Positions 62,153 to 64,000 of a stretch of 64,000 nt of DNA are shown one piece after another. A program made the position numbers and the translations under genes. Numbering within the stretch: the first letter of the stretch is position 1; the number at the start of each line of letters is the position of its first letter. Under the pieces are notes generated by a model. It saw only the letters and a list, made by a program, of their open reading frames with translations. It did not search any database and was not told where the DNA came from. The DNA comes from an uncultured Rikenellaceae bacterium (GTDB taxonomy: Bacteria; Bacteroidota; Bacteroidia; Bacteroidales; VadinHA17): positions 58,177 to 122,176 of the forward strand of contig CAZXFB010000007.1 in the NCBI GenBank assembly GCA_964639725.1, written 5' to 3'.

Positions 62153-63130
62153 TCAATAATTAGCCTGATTTTCATCCTGCCATTCGTTAACGCCATCGCG
62201 GAGTCTGTTTCTGAAGGTAAGGGTATCCTTGGCAAAACAGGTGTTACCAGCAGCGTTTACATATTTGTAACTCAGATATAGCTTTCTGTCCTGAAGGAGT
62301 TTTGGCCTGTTAAAGGTACTTGCTCCATCGGGTAAAAATGTAAAAGTCGATCCTGCTGCACTTCCGATCGTTACATTATTTCCATCAAGGGTGAGAAGTA
62401 ACTCCTTTTTTGTTGAAGCTACACCGCTGTATCCATTAACAGCCAGTTGATTTGGTGCAACTGTTACAAGCGACCATGTCTTTGCCTGTGGCTGTGGAAT
62501 GGTTGTGTAATATGGCTGAGGCTGGGTGGCGATCAAATTGCCTGATGCATCTTTCTCAACAGTCAAACCTCCATGCCAGTAGCTCCCAAACAGCATATTC
62601 TCATACTTAACACCTATAACAGCAAACCGTTTAGGCTCAAGTATTGAATCAGCATCTGCACTTTTAATGTAGAAGGGGATTACATAGCCAGCATTAATAG
62701 TTGCTGCATCGGCAAGAAATTTAGCTGAGTCGGCTTTCACCAGGATAGTTCCGTTATGCTGACCTGCCTTTATCACTATCCTGCTGGTATTACTAAGAGT
62801 ATAGTAATTAGCAGGAAGAGCAGTCAGGGCTGTAACAGCTGCCGGGACAGAATTCTTAATGTAAGCGGCTGCGGCTTTCATTGCTGTAAGTCTGGCAGGA
62901 GTGATGAATGTGTTATCAAGAACGAAATCAACATTCCGGTCCCTGGTGTTCTCCATTACCCCGCCAAGTGCAGCGCCTACCTCTATACTCATCCCTTCAC
63001 CGACAACAAATGTGCGAACATCTATCTGGTAAGGGAAGTAGACAGCATCAAAGTCATAGTCCTTTATATAATCATCGTAGCACGATACCATGGCTACAGA
63101 CAGAATAAGAAATGCTAGTATTTTTTTCAT
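62153..63130 (-). CDS. DUF1735-like PUL accessory surface lipoprotein
   Basis: I chose Met at 63130, giving MKKILAFLILSVAMVSCYDDYIKDYDFDAVYFPYQ (a lipobox followed by a start typical of SusD-adjacent DUF1735-type proteins). It lies directly downstream of a SusD-like gene. The longest ORF reaches 63184 but overlaps the SusD stop. Confidence 0.5.
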   Translation of the reverse strand: MKKILAFLILSVAMVSCYDDYIKDYDFDAVYFPYQIDVRTFVVGEGMSIEVGAALGGVMENTRDRNVDFVLDNTFITPARLTAMKAAAAYIKNSVPAAVTALTALPANYYTLSNTSRIVIKAGQHNGTILVKADSAKFLADAATINAGYVIPFYIKSADADSILEPKRFAVIGVKYENMLFGSYWHGGLTVEKDASGNLIATQPQPYYTTIPQPQAKTWSLVTVAPNQLAVNGYSGVASTKKELLLTLDGNNVTIGSAAGSTFTFLPDGASTFNRPKLLQDRKLYLSYKYVNAAGNTCFAKDTLTFRNRLRDGVNEWQDENQANY

Positions 63131-63149
63131 ATTTTCTTTTTTAAAATTA

Positions 63150-64000
63150 TTAATTCCATCCATCCCATCCTTCGTTCTGAACAAGATTGCTCATCCTTAG
63201 TATCTCGCTGTATGGTATTGGAAGGTATGCTGATGAAAAGGAACGTGCTCCAACCTCATAATTAAGATTGTATGTAAAGGTAACACCGTCAGGGTTTTTG
63301 GTAACACCTGCACCATGCACTGATTTATTCAGTTCAGTCAGGTCAGTTGTCCAGCGGCGAAGGTCATAAAACCTCATTCCTTCGAAACATGTTTCGATTC
63401 TTCGCTCGTTTTTAACCAGAGCTGCAAATGCAGTTTTTCCTGCAGCAGAAACTTCAGCCAGATAAGCATCGGGGGCACCTGGAGGAACGACGGTTGAAAT
63501 TCCATTATCACCGTCTGTTGTTTTCCTGGTACGCAGATATTGAATTGCAGTTGTAGCAGACATTCCATATTTTGCAGCATCAGTAGGTCCTACAACCTGG
63601 TTTGCTGCTTCGGCAAATGTAAGACACATATGTGACCAGGTGATAAAGAATTTGGCATGAGGCTGTCTGTTAATCACATTATCGCTCCAGTTAAGTCCCA
63701 TAAATACCATCTTCTTGATATGGTAGTTTGTAAGACTGTTATTTGAATTAATCCCGGCAGCATCCTTGCCTCCGTTAACCCAGTTTTCGAAAGTGTACAT
63801 TAAAACGCCCGTATTACCCTTCTTAGCCTGAACACCGTTATAAAAAATGGAGCTGTAAAACCTTGGATCGCGGTCTTTATAAGGATCTGTTGCACTATAT
63901 CCTCCTCTGTTAGCGGGGTCGTTAATCGGATAACCGTTTTTCATAGGGAAGGCATTTGCAAGTTCCTGTGTTGCTCCAATGGAACCGGTACCCTGAAATC
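63150..64000 (-). CDS. susD: SusD/RagB-family protein, C-terminal part (5' end lies beyond the window)
   Basis: The frame stays open to base 64000 (FQGTGSIGATQELANAFP precedes the first Met). Motifs include ERRIETCFEGMRFYDLRRW and LPIPYSEI. Confidence 0.8.
   Translation of the reverse strand, partial: FQGTGSIGATQELANAFPMKNGYPINDPANRGGYSATDPYKDRDPRFYSSIFYNGVQAKKGNTGVLMYTFENWVNGGKDAAGINSNNSLTNYHIKKMVFMGLNWSDNVINRQPHAKFFITWSHMCLTFAEAANQVVGPTDAAKYGMSATTAIQYLRTRKTTDGDNGISTVVPPGAPDAYLAEVSAAGKTAFAALVKNERRIETCFEGMRFYDLRRWTTDLTELNKSVHGAGVTKNPDGVTFTYNLNYEVGARSFSSAYLPIPYSEILRMSNLVQNEGWDGWN

Noticed and set aside
1-64000. A search for tRNA, rRNA, phage, plasmid, toxin-antitoxin or defence-system genes.
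   Set aside because: No GC-rich structured intergenic segment of tRNA or rRNA type is present. No ORF shows nuclease, ATPase, integrase, transposase or toxin motifs. Every sizeable ORF fits a glycan-utilisation context or is unassigned.

Overview
This AT-rich window looks like Bacteroidota: it has SusC/SusD pairs, many lipobox lipoproteins and tightly packed genes. I call 47 CDS, 43 of them on the minus strand. I found no rRNA, tRNA, CRISPR array, transposase or integrase. The window is one very large glycan-utilisation region. Its core is a SusC/SusD pair (46882-51641) with a divergent AraC regulator (51909-52778). Nineteen further co-directional genes follow SusC, running down to 22970. A second SusD-like gene plus a DUF1735-like gene sit at the right edge (62153-64000). 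Three things stand out. (1) There are 15 genes with the six-bladed Asp-box (BNR) sialidase fold, but only one (32793-33923) has the canonical GH33 YRIP motif. Six form a tight paralog family that replaces FRIP with PRNSEGD, and four of those are in tandem directly after SusD. (2) Ten proteins carry twin-arginine (Tat) leaders. Four of them are DegT/DnrJ/EryC1-type PLP sugar aminotransferases (three in tandem at 57674-61843, one at 20542-21894), a family normally cytoplasmic and biosynthetic. They sit beside Tat-exported Gfo/Idh/MocA oxidoreductase, Tat-exported xylose-isomerase-like TIM barrel and two DUF1080 genes, which together resemble the oxidise-and-eliminate glycoside cleavage toolkit. 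(3) There are cytoplasmic follow-up genes: MFS transporter, GNAT, a leaderless sialidase-fold paralog, an HpcH/HpaI class II aldolase, Gfo/Idh/MocA, a URO-D-like protein and an SDR. GH78 rhamnosidase and an SGNH esterase are also present. My working hypothesis, which is inference only, is that the locus degrades a glycan rich in acidic ulosonic/nonulosonic and amino sugars by an undescribed periplasmic route combining transamination with oxidation. The main non-coding observation is two homologous nested-palindrome elements (5939-6075, 7501-7642) that bracket one sialidase-fold gene. All family assignments come from reading motifs by eye; no database search was possible.
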